This document shows positions 26,965 through 40,647 of a DNA stretch of 64,000 bases, in pieces. The notes under the pieces were generated by a model. It saw only the letters and a list, made by a program, of their open reading frames with translations, was not told where the DNA came from and searched no databases. Within the stretch, counting starts at the first letter, position 1. The number at the start of each line of letters is the position of its first letter. A program made the position numbers and the translations under genes. Source of the DNA: Escherichia coli (GTDB lineage Bacteria; Pseudomonadota; Gammaproteobacteria; Enterobacterales; Enterobacteriaceae). Location: NCBI RefSeq assembly GCF_022846255.1, contig NZ_AP025682.1. One strand, written 5' to 3'.

Positions 26965-29625
26965 TCATGATTCCTCGCGCTGGGCAAGATTTAGCGTAAG
27001 CCCAACGATCCCCTCTTCGAGCTGGATATCAACGTTAAACCCGAGCTTGCGGGCCAGCGCCACCATGCCACGATTGTTTGGCATCGTAATACCATTCAGA
27101 CGTTGCAGTCCGTGATCTCGCGTATAGGTAATCAACTTTTCCATTAAGCGTCGACCTAAGCCTAACCCTTTGAGATCCGAGCGAACAAGCACGGCAAATT
27201 CGGCATCGATGTTATCAGGGTCGGAGATCGCACGCGTGACGCCAAGGATCTCTTCTGTTTGATCAATACGTCGTACCGCCACAAAAGCCATTTCCCGATC
27301 GTAGTCGATCTGCGTCATGTTGGCTAAATCTTCATGGGTAAATTCGTTGATCTCGCTAAAGTAGCGGTAATAAAGATCTTCTTTGGTGACTCGCGAAATG
27401 AACTGCTGAAGTTGTGGCTCATCTTCTGGCAAAATCGGGCGGAACAAGCAGCGTTCACCGTTTTTCAATTCTACCCACTCTTCCAGCTGATGTGGATAAG
27501 GGCGCACTGCCAGCCGGCTCTCGTTATCGCCTTCAAACGGCGCGATATCCAGCGTGACATCCAGCGCGGTAAATTCACTGCCAGAAGCCAGCAAAGGATG
27601 AATGTCCAGACGTTGAATTTCCGGGCAATCGACAATCAAGTTGGAAACCTGCACCAGAAGCTGGCTCAAGCCTGCAACATCCAATGGGCGTAGCGCACTG
27701 CGCGCACGAATCTTTTTACTTTTGATCCCCTGAATAACCAGATAGCGGGCCAAGTTCATGTTCAGCGGCGGCAGTGCGACGACGGCTTGATCTTCAGGAC
27801 GCCACTCCACACCGCCTTCACCCAGCATGATCAACGGCCCGAAAACCGGATCGTGCTCAACCACAACCCGCAACTCCTGAGCGCCAGCACGGTTAGCCAT
27901 ACTTTGCACCAACAGGCCGTGGACCCGCGCCTGCGGCCAGGCCATTTTTACGCGATCGAAAATAGCGTTTGCCGCTTGCTGGACTTCATTGGCTGTACGT
28001 AGGTAGAGCATGACGCCCTGAACTTCCGATTTATGTGGAATATCCGGCGAGCGCAATTTCAGTGCCACCGGATAGCCAATCTGTTCGGCAATATGTACCG
28101 CTTCGGTGCTATCACTGGCAATCCAGGTAGGGAGAGTATTCATACCATACGCTTGCAGGATGGGCTGAACTTCATGGGTATCGAGCGACGTAGCCCCTTC
28201 GGCAATCGCCTGTTGCAACAGAAGATGCGCTTCTGCGGTATTGGAAGTCAGATTGCTGGGCAACGCCGGCGTTTCGCGTAGTTGCTTCTGATTACGCCGG
28301 TACTCGACCATATGCATAAAAGCAGTGATGGTTCCTTCCGGAGTACGGTAGGTCGGCAGCCCGGCTTCGCTGAATAAACGTCGTGCCTCTTGCGAAGAGT
28401 GTTCGCCGCACCAGTTCGTCAGCAGAGAGACATACTTGCTGCGAGGGTGATGCTTTACCGCTTCAATTAATGCCAGTGCGCTTTCTGTGGCGGGAGCAGC
28501 AGCACTGGGCGAATGAATAACCATCAGCGCATCAAAATCCTGGCTGTGGAGCAGAATGTCCAGCGTTTTGACATAATGCTCGCTGCTGGCGTCATCGCGC
28601 AGATCGAGCGGGTTAGAGATTGCCACATGCCCTGGCAGTGCATCGCGCAGTTTCTGGCAGGTTTCTTCGCTTAGCGTTGCCAGCTTGCCATTACGTGACC
28701 ATAAGGCATCCAGCGCCAGCGCGGCAGGCGCAGCACCGTTGCTGATAATCATCAATCGGTCGCCACGTAGCGGCCGCATATGGCTAAGGGTTTCTACCGC
28801 TGAAAACAGTTCGTGGGTGTCCTGTACCCGCAACAAACCGGCACGCTGAATAGCTGCATCCCACGCCGGATCCATTCCTGCCGTGGTGTTCAACAGACGT
28901 TGAGCCGCCGGGCTACGTCCGCTTTTAATAACCAGAATCGGTTTATTGCGCGAGGCACTACGGGCCGCCGAAACAAAGCGTCGCGCGTCGCTTAACTGTT
29001 CGAGATAGAGCAGGATGGCGCTGGTTTTACTGTCGCGCGCCAGATAGTCGAGCAATTCATCAACGTCGATATCCAGGCTGTCGCCGAGCGCAATAAAGTA
29101 GGAAAAGCCCATCTCACGCTGTTGCGCCCAGTCGAGGATGGTGTTGGAGACAGCAGCCGATTGCGAAATAAACGCCAGCTTGCCGCGTTTGATTGGCACA
29201 GGCGAAAAGCTGGCATTCAGACCTTGCCAGGGAGCCAGTAAGCCCAGACTGTTTGGTCCTAGCAGGCGCATGTTATGGCGCAGGGCACAGGCGCGGAGAT
29301 CTTCATGTTGCGATGCCGGGGCGGAAAGAATAATGCAGGTTTTACAGCCTTTCTCGCCGAGCTCTTCCAGAAGAGCAAGATTACGGCTGGCATTGGTACA
29401 TAAAACCGCAAGGTCGGGTGTAAAGGGCAAGCTGGCAATATCCGGCCAGGCCAACACACCCAACACCGCTTTCCAGGCTGGCGTCACCGGGAGTACCGGT
29501 CCGTTAAAGCCTCCCGCCAGCAGGTTACGCATCATCAGGTAACCTGCGCGATTGGGTTTCATCGATGCGCCAATTACCGCAATCGATTTTGGTCGCAGTA
29601 GTGCTTCCAGTCCTCGCTGACTCAT
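26965..29625 (-). CDS. patZ: Protein lysine acetyltransferase PatZ/Pka/YfiQ (886 aa)
   Basis: N-terminal CoA-binding/acyl-CoA synthetase-like part and C-terminal GNAT domain; length 886 aa. Confidence 0.93.
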   Translation of the reverse strand: MSQRGLEALLRPKSIAVIGASMKPNRAGYLMMRNLLAGGFNGPVLPVTPAWKAVLGVLAWPDIASLPFTPDLAVLCTNASRNLALLEELGEKGCKTCIILSAPASQHEDLRACALRHNMRLLGPNSLGLLAPWQGLNASFSPVPIKRGKLAFISQSAAVSNTILDWAQQREMGFSYFIALGDSLDIDVDELLDYLARDSKTSAILLYLEQLSDARRFVSAARSASRNKPILVIKSGRSPAAQRLLNTTAGMDPAWDAAIQRAGLLRVQDTHELFSAVETLSHMRPLRGDRLMIISNGAAPAALALDALWSRNGKLATLSEETCQKLRDALPGHVAISNPLDLRDDASSEHYVKTLDILLHSQDFDALMVIHSPSAAAPATESALALIEAVKHHPRSKYVSLLTNWCGEHSSQEARRLFSEAGLPTYRTPEGTITAFMHMVEYRRNQKQLRETPALPSNLTSNTAEAHLLLQQAIAEGATSLDTHEVQPILQAYGMNTLPTWIASDSTEAVHIAEQIGYPVALKLRSPDIPHKSEVQGVMLYLRTANEVQQAANAIFDRVKMAWPQARVHGLLVQSMANRAGAQELRVVVEHDPVFGPLIMLGEGGVEWRPEDQAVVALPPLNMNLARYLVIQGIKSKKIRARSALRPLDVAGLSQLLVQVSNLIVDCPEIQRLDIHPLLASGSEFTALDVTLDIAPFEGDNESRLAVRPYPHQLEEWVELKNGERCLFRPILPEDEPQLQQFISRVTKEDLYYRYFSEINEFTHEDLANMTQIDYDREMAFVAVRRIDQTEEILGVTRAISDPDNIDAEFAVLVRSDLKGLGLGRRLMEKLITYTRDHGLQRLNGITMPNNRGMVALARKLGFNVDIQLEEGIVGLTLNLAQREES

Positions 29626-29656
29626 ACCGGTCTCCCGCAGAAGTGACCGAATGATT

Positions 29657-30355
29657 TTAAACGCTTTCTAACTGTTCTGCTGTGATACTGCCCAGATGTT
29701 GCGTTTTTCCTGCCAGATAGCGTGTTTTAAAGCGGGTAAAATGCTCGCCTAACCCTGCCGCCGCCCCGGTATCGCCGGCCATATCTAACAGTGCGATGGC
29801 TACCTCGGCAGTACAATATTGGCCTTCAGCCTGGGCTTCACGCAGGCGATAGGCAGAAAGCCGGGAAAGATCGACGGAAATGACGGGAAGATTATCCAGA
29901 TACGGACTTTTACGAAACATCTTGCGAGCTTCAGGCCAGGTACCATCGAGCATGATAAATAGCGGAGGCTTACCGGCAGGTGGTGTGAAGATCACTTCCC
30001 GTTGCTCATCAGCATACGAGGCGGGAAAGACCACCATTGGCTGATAGTCCGGGTTTTGTACCAGATCCAGCAAATCTAGCGAGGGTTCGGTACGCGACCA
30101 TTGAAACGCAACGGTATCAGGCAAAATATCAGCAATCAGACGCCCGGTATTACTGGGCTTCATTGGCTCGGTGTCGAACATCAGCAAACAGAAGCGACTT
30201 TTTGCTTGTGCTGGGGTAATTGTCGAACAGAGACATAATGTCTCTGGCAAAAGACAGCGTTGGCAGCGACGAACGCGATTACCGCGGGCAAGAAAAGGAC
30301 GTGTTGCGCGCGCAATACGCTCGGCGCGTAACTGGAGAACAGCGTTTTCGGTCAT
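29657..30355 (-). CDS. tapT: DTW-domain tRNA-uridine aminocarboxypropyltransferase TapT/YfiP (232 aa; track ORF extends to 30406)
   Basis: MTENAVLQLRAER...RCQRCLLPETLCLC; DTW motif (MLDGTWPEARKM). Confidence 0.88.
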   Translation of the reverse strand: MTENAVLQLRAERIARATRPFLARGNRVRRCQRCLLPETLCLCSTITPAQAKSRFCLLMFDTEPMKPSNTGRLIADILPDTVAFQWSRTEPSLDLLDLVQNPDYQPMVVFPASYADEQREVIFTPPAGKPPLFIMLDGTWPEARKMFRKSPYLDNLPVISVDLSRLSAYRLREAQAEGQYCTAEVAIALLDMAGDTGAAAGLGEHFTRFKTRYLAGKTQHLGSITAEQLESV

Positions 30356-30423
30356 AAGAGAGCGTCGAAAAAACGCCATTGTCGCAGAGGAGAAAACGGG
30401 GCACAAGATGCGCCCCGGTAAGA

Positions 30424-30843
30424 TTAAAGAGATTCGTTCAGCCAGCTATCAAACGGCGCTTTCGGTACTGCGCCATTAAGCATGTCGACAACCTGACCGT
30501 TTTTGAAAATCATGATCGTCGGTATACTACGAATTCCAAAGCGACTGCTCAATTCACGTTCAGCTTCGGTATTCACTTTCACAAAGCGCACTTTACCGCT
30601 ACGCTCTTGCGCGACATCTTCAAAAATTGGTGCGAAATTACGGCAGGGGCCGCACCACGGTGCCCAGAAGTCGATCACCACAGGTAGATCATCTTTCAGC
30701 AATTTGTCGAGCGTTTCACCGGTCGCATTAATCACCTCTCCGTCAAACAAGTCGTGACCGCAGCGTCCGCATTTTGCCGCATCTTCGATCCGATCGTCGG
30801 GAATGCGATTGATGGCCTGACAATGGGTACAAACGGTATTCAT
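30424..30843 (-). CDS. trxC: Thioredoxin 2 (139 aa)
   Basis: N-terminal zinc-binding CxxC pairs followed by the WCGPC active site. Confidence 0.95.
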
Positions 30844-31049
30844 AACTAACCTCGGGATGAGTAAGGAGACTTATCGGCAACGACGCCGGTATGTTTCTAA
30901 TATGTTACATATTATCGGGGACATTGTTCCAGACAACAATCTGTTTTATTCAATAGGTATGATAGACACAGGCTTTGGAACGAAATCATGGCGAACCGCG
31001 CGGACTTCGGGTAATCTGCGCGCTTCGCGCAGCGCTGGTGGAGAAAAGC

Positions 31050-32087
31050 ATGAACGATGAAATGAAAGGTAAAAGCGGCAAGGTCAAAGTGATGTATGTC
31101 CGCAGTGATGATGATTCTGATAAACGTACCCACAACCCGCGTACCGGGAAAGGGGGCGGGCGTCCAGGAAAATCTCGTGCTGACGGTGGCCGTCGCCCCG
31201 CCCGCGATGACAAACAGAGTCAGCCCCGTGACCGCAAGTGGGAAGAGTCGCCGTGGCGCACAGTTTCCCGCGCGCCGGGTGATGAGACGCCGGAAAAGGC
31301 CGATCACGGTGGCATCAGTGGTAAAAGTTTTATTGATCCGGAAGTGTTGCGTCGTCAGCGTGCGGAAGAAACCCGCGTCTACGGCGAAAATGCCTGTCAG
31401 GCACTGTTCCAGAGCCGTCCGGAAGCGATTGTTCGCGCCTGGTTTATCCAGAGTGTAACGCCGCGTTTTAAAGAAGCCTTGCGCTGGATGGCAGCAAACC
31501 GCAAAGCGTACCATGTGGTAGATGAAGCGGAACTGACAAAAGCGTCAGGCACGGAACATCACGGCGGCGTTTGCTTCCTGATCAAAAAGCGTAACGGTAC
31601 AACCGTGCAGCAGTGGGTAAGCCAGGCAGGCGCGCAGGATTGTGTACTGGCGCTGGAAAACGAATCTAACCCGCATAACCTGGGTGGCATGATGCGCAGC
31701 TGCGCGCACTTCGGCGTGAAAGGCGTTGTGGTGCAGGATGCGGCACTGCTGGAGTCGGGGGCGGCTATCCGTACCGCAGAAGGCGGCGCAGAGCACGTTC
31801 AGCCGATTACTGGCGACAACATTGTTAACGTGCTGGATGATTTCCGTCAGGCAGGTTACACCGTAGTGACCACTTCCAGCGAGCAGGGGAAACCGCTGTT
31901 CAAAACCAGTCTGCCAGCGAAAATGGTACTGGTGCTGGGTCAGGAATATGAAGGGTTACCGGATGCCGCACGCGATCCGAACGATTTGCGCGTGAAGATT
32001 GATGGTACTGGCAACGTTGCCGGGCTAAATATCTCTGTTGCAACCGGCGTTTTGCTTGGTGAATGGTGGCGTCAGAATAAAGCCTGA
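31050..32087 (+). CDS. yfiF: SpoU-family RNA methyltransferase YfiF (345 aa)
   Basis: [14 protein letters not shown]...; basic N-terminal extension then SpoU methylase fold; start at ATG 31050 inside the longer track ORF. Confidence 0.9.
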   Translation: MNDEMKGKSGKVKVMYVRSDDDSDKRTHNPRTGKGGGRPGKSRADGGRRPARDDKQSQPRDRKWEESPWRTVSRAPGDETPEKADHGGISGKSFIDPEVLRRQRAEETRVYGENACQALFQSRPEAIVRAWFIQSVTPRFKEALRWMAANRKAYHVVDEAELTKASGTEHHGGVCFLIKKRNGTTVQQWVSQAGAQDCVLALENESNPHNLGGMMRSCAHFGVKGVVVQDAALLESGAAIRTAEGGAEHVQPITGDNIVNVLDDFRQAGYTVVTTSSEQGKPLFKTSLPAKMVLVLGQEYEGLPDAARDPNDLRVKIDGTGNVAGLNISVATGVLLGEWWRQNKA

Positions 32088-32134
32088 TAAATCAGCCGGG
32101 TGGCAACGCTGCCATCCGGCGTTTTCCTGCAAAT

Positions 32135-32824
32135 TTACTCACTTTCTGCCGGTAATACTGGCATCCAGTCAATCGGTTTCTCGCCACGTTGTTCCAGCCA
32201 CTGATTTGCCAGCACAAAATGGTTGCAGCCAAAGAACCCACGATGCGCAGAAAGCGGTGATGGATGCGGCGCTTTCAGTATGTGATGGCGTTGCTTATCA
32301 ATAATCGCCCCTTTCTTTTGCGCATGTGAGCCCCACAACAAAAACACCACGCCTTCGCGGTGCTGGTTAATCAGGCTGATTACTTTATCGGTGAAGGTCT
32401 CCCAGCCGAGGCTGGCGTGGGAATGCGCCTGACCTGCGCGTACCGTCAACACAGTATTGAGTAGCAGAACGCCCTGACGCGCCCAGCTTTCAAGATAACC
32501 ATGATTAGGGCGGGTGAAACCGGGAATAGTATTTTCCAGCTCTTTATACATATTCAGCAGTGACGGCGGTGTCGCAATGCCGGGGCGAACGGAAAATGCC
32601 AGACCATGCGCCTGTCCCGGTCCGTGATAAGGATCCTGGCCGAGAATCACCACTTTAACGTCACCCAACTCTGTAAAGCGGAACGCGTTAAAGACATCTT
32701 TTTGTGGCGGATAGATAGTGACGCCGGACTGCCGCTCGCTGGCGACGGTCTGTAGGGTATTAAGAAAATAGGGTTGCTGCTTCTCTTCAGCCAGCACATC
32801 ATGCCAGGTTAATTCGTTAGCCAT
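32135..32824 (-). CDS. ung: Uracil-DNA glycosylase Ung (229 aa)
   Basis: [79 protein letters not shown]. Confidence 0.96.
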   Translation of the reverse strand: MANELTWHDVLAEEKQQPYFLNTLQTVASERQSGVTIYPPQKDVFNAFRFTELGDVKVVILGQDPYHGPGQAHGLAFSVRPGIATPPSLLNMYKELENTIPGFTRPNHGYLESWARQGVLLLNTVLTVRAGQAHSHASLGWETFTDKVISLINQHREGVVFLLWGSHAQKKGAIIDKQRHHILKAPHPSPLSAHRGFFGCNHFVLANQWLEQRGEKPIDWMPVLPAESE

Positions 32825-33128
32825 CTCGCTCTCCTGCGAATCTTCAATCCGCCTAGCTTAACTGCTTCTTTCTACAGAACAAAATCATGCTCATTTTATA
32901 GACAAAAAGACATGCAAAAAAATGTAAATTGGTAAAATTTCACACCTGCATAAGTTGATGTAAAACAATAAAATCCATTTGTGACCACATTCGATATGTG
33001 GTATTTATTGATTTAAATCAAAGAATCAAGGGTGTTTGAGGAGTATATATACACTCAAGCAACAATGGTTTTACCAATTGGCCGCGACAGGCTGAACAAA
33101 TCAAATAATTTTGCCGGGGAGGCATCAC

Positions 33129-33512
33129 ATGATTACAGGTATCCAGATTACTAAAGCCGCTAATGACGATCTGCTGAACTCTTTCTGGCTGCTGGACAGC
33201 GAAAAAGGCGAAGCGCGTTGCATCGTTGCGAAAGCAGGTTTTGCAGAAGACGAAGTGGTTGCAGTAAGCAAACTGGGTGACATTGAGTACCGTGAAGTTC
33301 CAGTAGAAGTGAAACCAGAAGTTCGCGTTGAAGGTGGTCAACACCTGAACGTAAACGTTCTGCGTCGTGAAACTCTGGAGGATGCAGTTAAGCATCCGGA
33401 AAAATATCCGCAGCTGACCATCCGTGTATCCGGTTATGCAGTTCGCTTTAACTCTCTGACTCCGGAACAGCAGCGCGACGTTATCGCTCGTACCTTTACT
33501 GAAAGCCTGTAA
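33129..33512 (+). CDS. grcA: Autonomous glycyl radical cofactor GrcA/YfiD (127 aa)
   Basis: [20 protein letters not shown]...[29 protein letters not shown] glycyl-radical motif. Confidence 0.95.
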
Positions 33513-33566
33513 GGCTTAAGTAGCAAGTTACTAAGCGGAAGAGGGCGACCTCTTCCGCTTTTTTCA

Positions 33567-34154
33567 TTAATAGAAAATGCGTACCGCGCAATAGACCAGC
33601 AGCAGCGCGAGCACGATATTTAACTGGCGACCATACTGGCGAAACAATCGCTGAAACAGGTGCCCCGCCAGCGCCCAGCACACATTGCCAAACGTCCCAA
33701 TCATCGCCAGCAAAACGCTGACGCCAATTATCCAGCTTAGCGCCTGCGTTTGCGGCAGGACAAACGTCGACAGTGCTGTAATGCCATACAAAATGATTTT
33801 GACGTTCACAAACTGCAAAGCAAAGCTGGCCCAAAAACTGATTGGTTTTGTCTGAAGCCCATCTTCCTTTGTTGGACTGGTAGCGATTTTCCACGCCAGC
33901 CAGACAATATATGCCGCCCCCGCCCAACTCAACAGATGCACTGCTGCCGGGTCGATAACAGCCAGTGAAAACGAAATTCCCGCGCATAGCAACATGACGA
34001 TTAAAAATCCCAGACTCATCCCTGCCAGCACGCGAGTACTCTGACGAAATCCGTGCGTTGTAGCTGAGCTAAGGGCGAGAATATTGTTCGGTCCTGGCGT
34101 CATGGCGGTAATCAGGGTGTAAGTCCAAAAAGCACTTAAAAGGGTCGGTGTCAC
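33567..34154 (-). CDS. eamB: Cysteine/O-acetylserine exporter EamB/YfiK (LysE family, 195 aa)
   Basis: MTPTLLSAFWTYTLITAMTPGPNNILALSS LysE-type N-terminus. Confidence 0.93.
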   Translation of the reverse strand: MTPTLLSAFWTYTLITAMTPGPNNILALSSATTHGFRQSTRVLAGMSLGFLIVMLLCAGISFSLAVIDPAAVHLLSWAGAAYIVWLAWKIATSPTKEDGLQTKPISFWASFALQFVNVKIILYGITALSTFVLPQTQALSWIIGVSVLLAMIGTFGNVCWALAGHLFQRLFRQYGRQLNIVLALLLVYCAVRIFY

Positions 34155-34256
34155 TTGTTATCTCCTCTGTTTTGGTAGACAGTACCCGACACGGAACATT
34201 TAAAAAAATGAATGTTTTTACATTCTAAATTCGATATTTTCGATAGGTTTGGGGTT

Positions 34257-35138
34257 ATGGATCTGCGCCGTTTTATTACACTTAAAACCGTGGTGGAAGA
34301 GGGTTCCTTTTTGCGAGCTTCGCAAAAATTGTGCTGTACACAATCGACGGTGACTTTTCATATTCAGCAGCTTGAGCAGGAGTTCTCGGTACAATTGTTT
34401 GAGAAAATTGGTCGACGAATGTGCCTTACCCGCGAAGGAAAAAAGTTGCTGCCGCACATCTATGAACTTACCCGAGTGATGGATACGCTTCGTGAGGCTG
34501 CGAAAAAAGAGTCGGATCCGGACGGGGAACTACGCGTTGTTTCAGGCGAAACGTTGCTCTCTTACCGAATGCCGCAGGTGTTGCAGCGTTTTCGGCAACG
34601 CGCTCCAAAAGTGCGTTTATCGTTGCAGTCGCTGAACTGTTACGTGATCCGTGATGCGCTACTGAATGATGAGGCCGATGTCGGGGTTTTTTATCGCGTA
34701 GGGAATGATAATGCTCTGAACCGGCGAGAGTTGGGTGAACAATCGCTGGTGCTGGTGGCTTCACCGCAAATTGCAGATGTCGATTTTACTGAGCCGGGAA
34801 GACATAACGCCTGTAGTTTTATTATCAATGAACCGCAATGTGTCTTCCGCCAGATATTTGAGAGCACGCTGCGCCAGCGACGGATCACGGTGGAAAACAC
34901 CATTGAGCTTATAAGTATCGAAAGCATCAAGCGTTGTGTCGCGGCAAATATCGGGGTCAGTTACCTGCCGCGCTTTACAGTGGTAAATGAACTTGCGAGT
35001 GGCGAATTAATCGAATTGCCTTTTGGCGAACAGTCGCAGACGATTACGGCAATGTGCGCTCACCATGCCGGAAAAGCGGTTAGCCCGGCGATGCACATTT
35101 TTATTCAGTGTGTTGAAGAGTGTTTTTTGCCGGGATAA
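34257..35138 (+). CDS. yfiE: LysR-family transcriptional regulator YfiE (293 aa)
   Basis: MDLRRFITLKTVVEEGSFLRASQKLCCTQSTVTFHIQQLEQEF HTH; divergent from eamB. Confidence 0.9.
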   Translation: MDLRRFITLKTVVEEGSFLRASQKLCCTQSTVTFHIQQLEQEFSVQLFEKIGRRMCLTREGKKLLPHIYELTRVMDTLREAAKKESDPDGELRVVSGETLLSYRMPQVLQRFRQRAPKVRLSLQSLNCYVIRDALLNDEADVGVFYRVGNDNALNRRELGEQSLVLVASPQIADVDFTEPGRHNACSFIINEPQCVFRQIFESTLRQRRITVENTIELISIESIKRCVAANIGVSYLPRFTVVNELASGELIELPFGEQSQTITAMCAHHAGKAVSPAMHIFIQCVEECFLPG

Positions 35139-35170
35139 AAATAATGCCGGGCTTAAACCCGGCATTGAGA

Positions 35171-36505
35171 TTACTCTTCTGTCGTTTGCGGTGGCACGCC
35201 CGTTCCGCTCGGTTTACGGCGCTTACCAATATTTTTGGTGTCGCGATGGCGTTTTTTCACCCGCGGCTTATCTTTCTCTTTAGCTTTTTTCTTCTCGGCG
35301 CGTTTAGCCAGTACTTTCTTCGATGGCTTGCCGGTCTGCTTCTCGCTTGGCGCACGCGTTTTCGGGCGTAACTCATCAATTACACGAGCTTTAATTGGCT
35401 CTTCAATATAGCGACCAACTTTGCCCAGCAGCAGATGGTCATGGGCTTCTACCAGCGAAATTGCGGTGCCTTTACGACCGGCGCGCGCGGTACGTCCGAT
35501 ACGGTGCAAATAAGTATCGCCACTGCGCGGCATATCGAAGTTAAAGACGTGGCTGACGTCAGGAATGTCGATACCGCGCGCGGCAACATCGGTTGCAACC
35601 AGTACGTTTACGCGACCTTCGGTCAAACGCTTGATCGCTTCGTTACGCTTGCCCTGTACCATCTCACCTTCGAGATAGCAGTTGTTGATGCCCGCTTCGC
35701 GCAGCCAGTTTGCCAGCTCATGCACACGCTCACGCTTACGCACAAACACAATTGAGCGGGTCGCTTCCGGCTGTTTTAACAGGTGCACCAGCAATGCGGT
35801 TTTATGTTCCAGGTCATCGGCGCGGTAATACCACTGATGAATTTTTTTGCGCTCACGGGTGGACGGATTGGCAGAAACCTCCACCGGATCTTCCAGCAGA
35901 CGCTCGGCAAAGTCCTGAATCGCATCGCCTTCCAGCGTTGCCGAAAAGAGCAGGGTCTGTTTACGCCAGCGCGTTTCGCCAGCAATATGTTCGATATCCT
36001 GAGCGAAGCCCATATCCAGCATACGGTCTGCTTCGTCGAGGATCAGCGTTTCAACCGCGCGGCAATCGAAGTTCTCTTCTTTTATGTATTGCAGCAGACG
36101 TCCGGTCGTGGCGACCACAATGTCCTGGTTTTCGCTGAACACTTCTGCGTGGTTCATATAGGCCACGCCGCCGGTGATGGTGGCGATATCCAGATGCGTA
36201 TGTTTCGCCAGTTCGCGGGCATGATCGGCCACCTGCATCGCCAGCTCGCGAGTTGGGGTGAGGATCAAAATACGCGGCGGACCGGATTTCTTACGTGGGA
36301 AATCGAGCAGGTGCTGCAACGCTGGCAGCAGATACGCCGCCGTTTTACCGGTGCCTGTCGGCGCAGAACCGAGTACATCACGGCCATCGAGCGCAGGCGG
36401 AATGGCGGCAGCCTGAATGGCGGTCGGGCGAGTGAAACCTTTATCCTGGAGGGCTTCCAGCAGGCTTTCGTCGAGTTCAAGTTCGGAAAAAGTCGTTACA
36501 GTCAT
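35171..36505 (-). CDS. srmB: DEAD-box RNA helicase SrmB (444 aa)
   Basis: Q motif, GTGKT Walker A, DEAD box ([14 protein letters not shown]), HRIGRTAR motif. Confidence 0.96.
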   Translation of the reverse strand: MTVTTFSELELDESLLEALQDKGFTRPTAIQAAAIPPALDGRDVLGSAPTGTGKTAAYLLPALQHLLDFPRKKSGPPRILILTPTRELAMQVADHARELAKHTHLDIATITGGVAYMNHAEVFSENQDIVVATTGRLLQYIKEENFDCRAVETLILDEADRMLDMGFAQDIEHIAGETRWRKQTLLFSATLEGDAIQDFAERLLEDPVEVSANPSTRERKKIHQWYYRADDLEHKTALLVHLLKQPEATRSIVFVRKRERVHELANWLREAGINNCYLEGEMVQGKRNEAIKRLTEGRVNVLVATDVAARGIDIPDVSHVFNFDMPRSGDTYLHRIGRTARAGRKGTAISLVEAHDHLLLGKVGRYIEEPIKARVIDELRPKTRAPSEKQTGKPSKKVLAKRAEKKKAKEKDKPRVKKRHRDTKNIGKRRKPSGTGVPPQTTEE

Positions 36506-36636
36506 GTTCTACCTCTGTGTGGGGCGCTGATTATAGACGTTACGGCTGCAATCTTCATCTGTTTGTATGGATATCGCTTCTCGGGTATTGTTCTCACCCG
36601 GTGCTATCGCCGTTTTTCCTGCAAGGTTTTATTTTC

Positions 36637-38990
<2,354 letters not shown>

Positions 38991-39388
38991 TTAATTTACT
39001 AAACATGGTTTGGTCAGCATAGCATCATGTTGTGCGAATAAACACCTGCTATTTTAATATTTGTTACAGTTGCTAAACACGCTGACGCAGGGCGGCGAGA
39101 AAAAGAGAAGTTACTGGCTGGTGGAGGATTAGGTGGTGAAATAAAAAGGCCGTTGGGTTACTCTTCAGGCAGTTAAATGGGCATTTCTACACAGATAATG
39201 CGATGTTCAGATTCTGTAGACTTATAATGATAGATAATGATCCGTCTACAGCATGACAAACAAAAACAGATGCGTTACGGAACTTTACAAAAACGAGACA
39301 CTCTAACCCTTTGCTTGCTCAAATTGCAGCTAATGGAGTGGCGTTTCGATAGCGCGTGGAAATTTGGTTTGGGGAGACTTTACCTCGG

Positions 39389-39964
39389 ATGAGCGAGCAG
39401 TTAACGGACCAGGTCCTGGTTGAACGGGTCCAGAAGGGAGATCAGAAAGCCTTTAACTTACTGGTAGTGCGCTATCAGCATAAAGTGGCGAGTCTGGTTT
39501 CCCGCTATGTGCCGTCGGGTGATGTTCCCGATGTGGTACAAGAAGCTTTTATTAAAGCCTATCGTGCGCTGGATTCGTTCCGGGGAGATAGCGCTTTTTA
39601 TACATGGCTGTATCGGATTGCTGTAAATACAGCGAAAAATTACCTGGTTGCTCAGGGGCGTCGTCCACCTTCCAGTGATGTGGATGCCATTGAAGCTGAA
39701 AACTTCGAAAGTGGCGGCGCGTTGAAAGAAATTTCGAACCCTGAGAACTTAATGTTGTCAGAAGAACTGAGACAGATAGTTTTCCGAACTATTGAGTCCC
39801 TCCCGGAAGATTTACGCATGGCAATAACCTTGCGGGAGCTGGATGGCCTGAGCTATGAAGAGATAGCCGCTATCATGGATTGTCCGGTAGGTACGGTGCG
39901 TTCACGTATCTTCCGAGCGAGGGAAGCTATTGATAACAAAGTTCAACCGCTTATCAGGCGTTGA
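39389..39964 (+). CDS. rpoE: RNA polymerase sigma-E factor RpoE (191 aa)
   Basis: MSEQLTDQVLVERVQKGDQKAFNLLVVRYQHKVASLVSRYV. Confidence 0.96.
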   Translation: MSEQLTDQVLVERVQKGDQKAFNLLVVRYQHKVASLVSRYVPSGDVPDVVQEAFIKAYRALDSFRGDSAFYTWLYRIAVNTAKNYLVAQGRRPPSSDVDAIEAENFESGGALKEISNPENLMLSEELRQIVFRTIESLPEDLRMAITLRELDGLSYEEIAAIMDCPVGTVRSRIFRAREAIDNKVQPLIRR

Positions 39965-39996
39965 CGATAGCGGGATACTGGATAAGGGTATTAGGC

Positions 39997-40647
39997 ATGC
40001 AGAAAGAACAACTTTCCGCTTTAATGGATGGCGAAACGCTGGATAGTGAGCTGCTTAACGAACTGGCTCATAACCCAGAAATGCAGAAAACCTGGGAAAA
40101 CTATCACTTAATCCGTGACTCAATGCGGGGTGATACTCCCGAGGTGCTCCATTTCGATATCTCTTCACGCGTGATGGCCGCCATTGAAGAAGAGCCAGTA
40201 CGTCAACCGGCGACATTGATCCCGGAAGCCCAGCCTGCGCCGCATCAATGGCAGAAAATGCCATTCTGGCAGAAAGTACGTCCGTGGGCGGCACAGCTTA
40301 CCCAAATGGGCGTAGCCGCATGCGTATCGCTTGCAGTTATCGTTGGTGTCCAGCACTATAATGGACAATCTGAAACGTCCCAGCAGCCCGAAACGCCGGT
40401 ATTTAATACACTGCCGATGATGGGTAAAGCCAGCCCGGTAAGCCTGGGAGTACCTTCTGAAGCGACCGCAAACAATGGTCAACAGCAGCAGGTACAGGAG
40501 CAGCGTCGTCGCATTAATGCAATGTTGCAGGATTACGAACTGCAACGCCGACTCCACTCTGAACAGCTTCAGTTTGAGCAGGCGCAAACCCAGCAAGCCG
40601 CTGTACAGGTGCCAGGAATTCAAACTTTAGGAACGCAATCGCAGTAA
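39997..40647 (+). CDS. rseA: Anti-sigma-E factor RseA (216 aa)
   Basis: MQKEQLSALMDGETLDSELLNELAHNPEMQKTWENYHLIRD. Confidence 0.95.
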   Translation: MQKEQLSALMDGETLDSELLNELAHNPEMQKTWENYHLIRDSMRGDTPEVLHFDISSRVMAAIEEEPVRQPATLIPEAQPAPHQWQKMPFWQKVRPWAAQLTQMGVAACVSLAVIVGVQHYNGQSETSQQPETPVFNTLPMMGKASPVSLGVPSEATANNGQQQQVQEQRRRINAMLQDYELQRRLHSEQLQFEQAQTQQAAVQVPGIQTLGTQSQ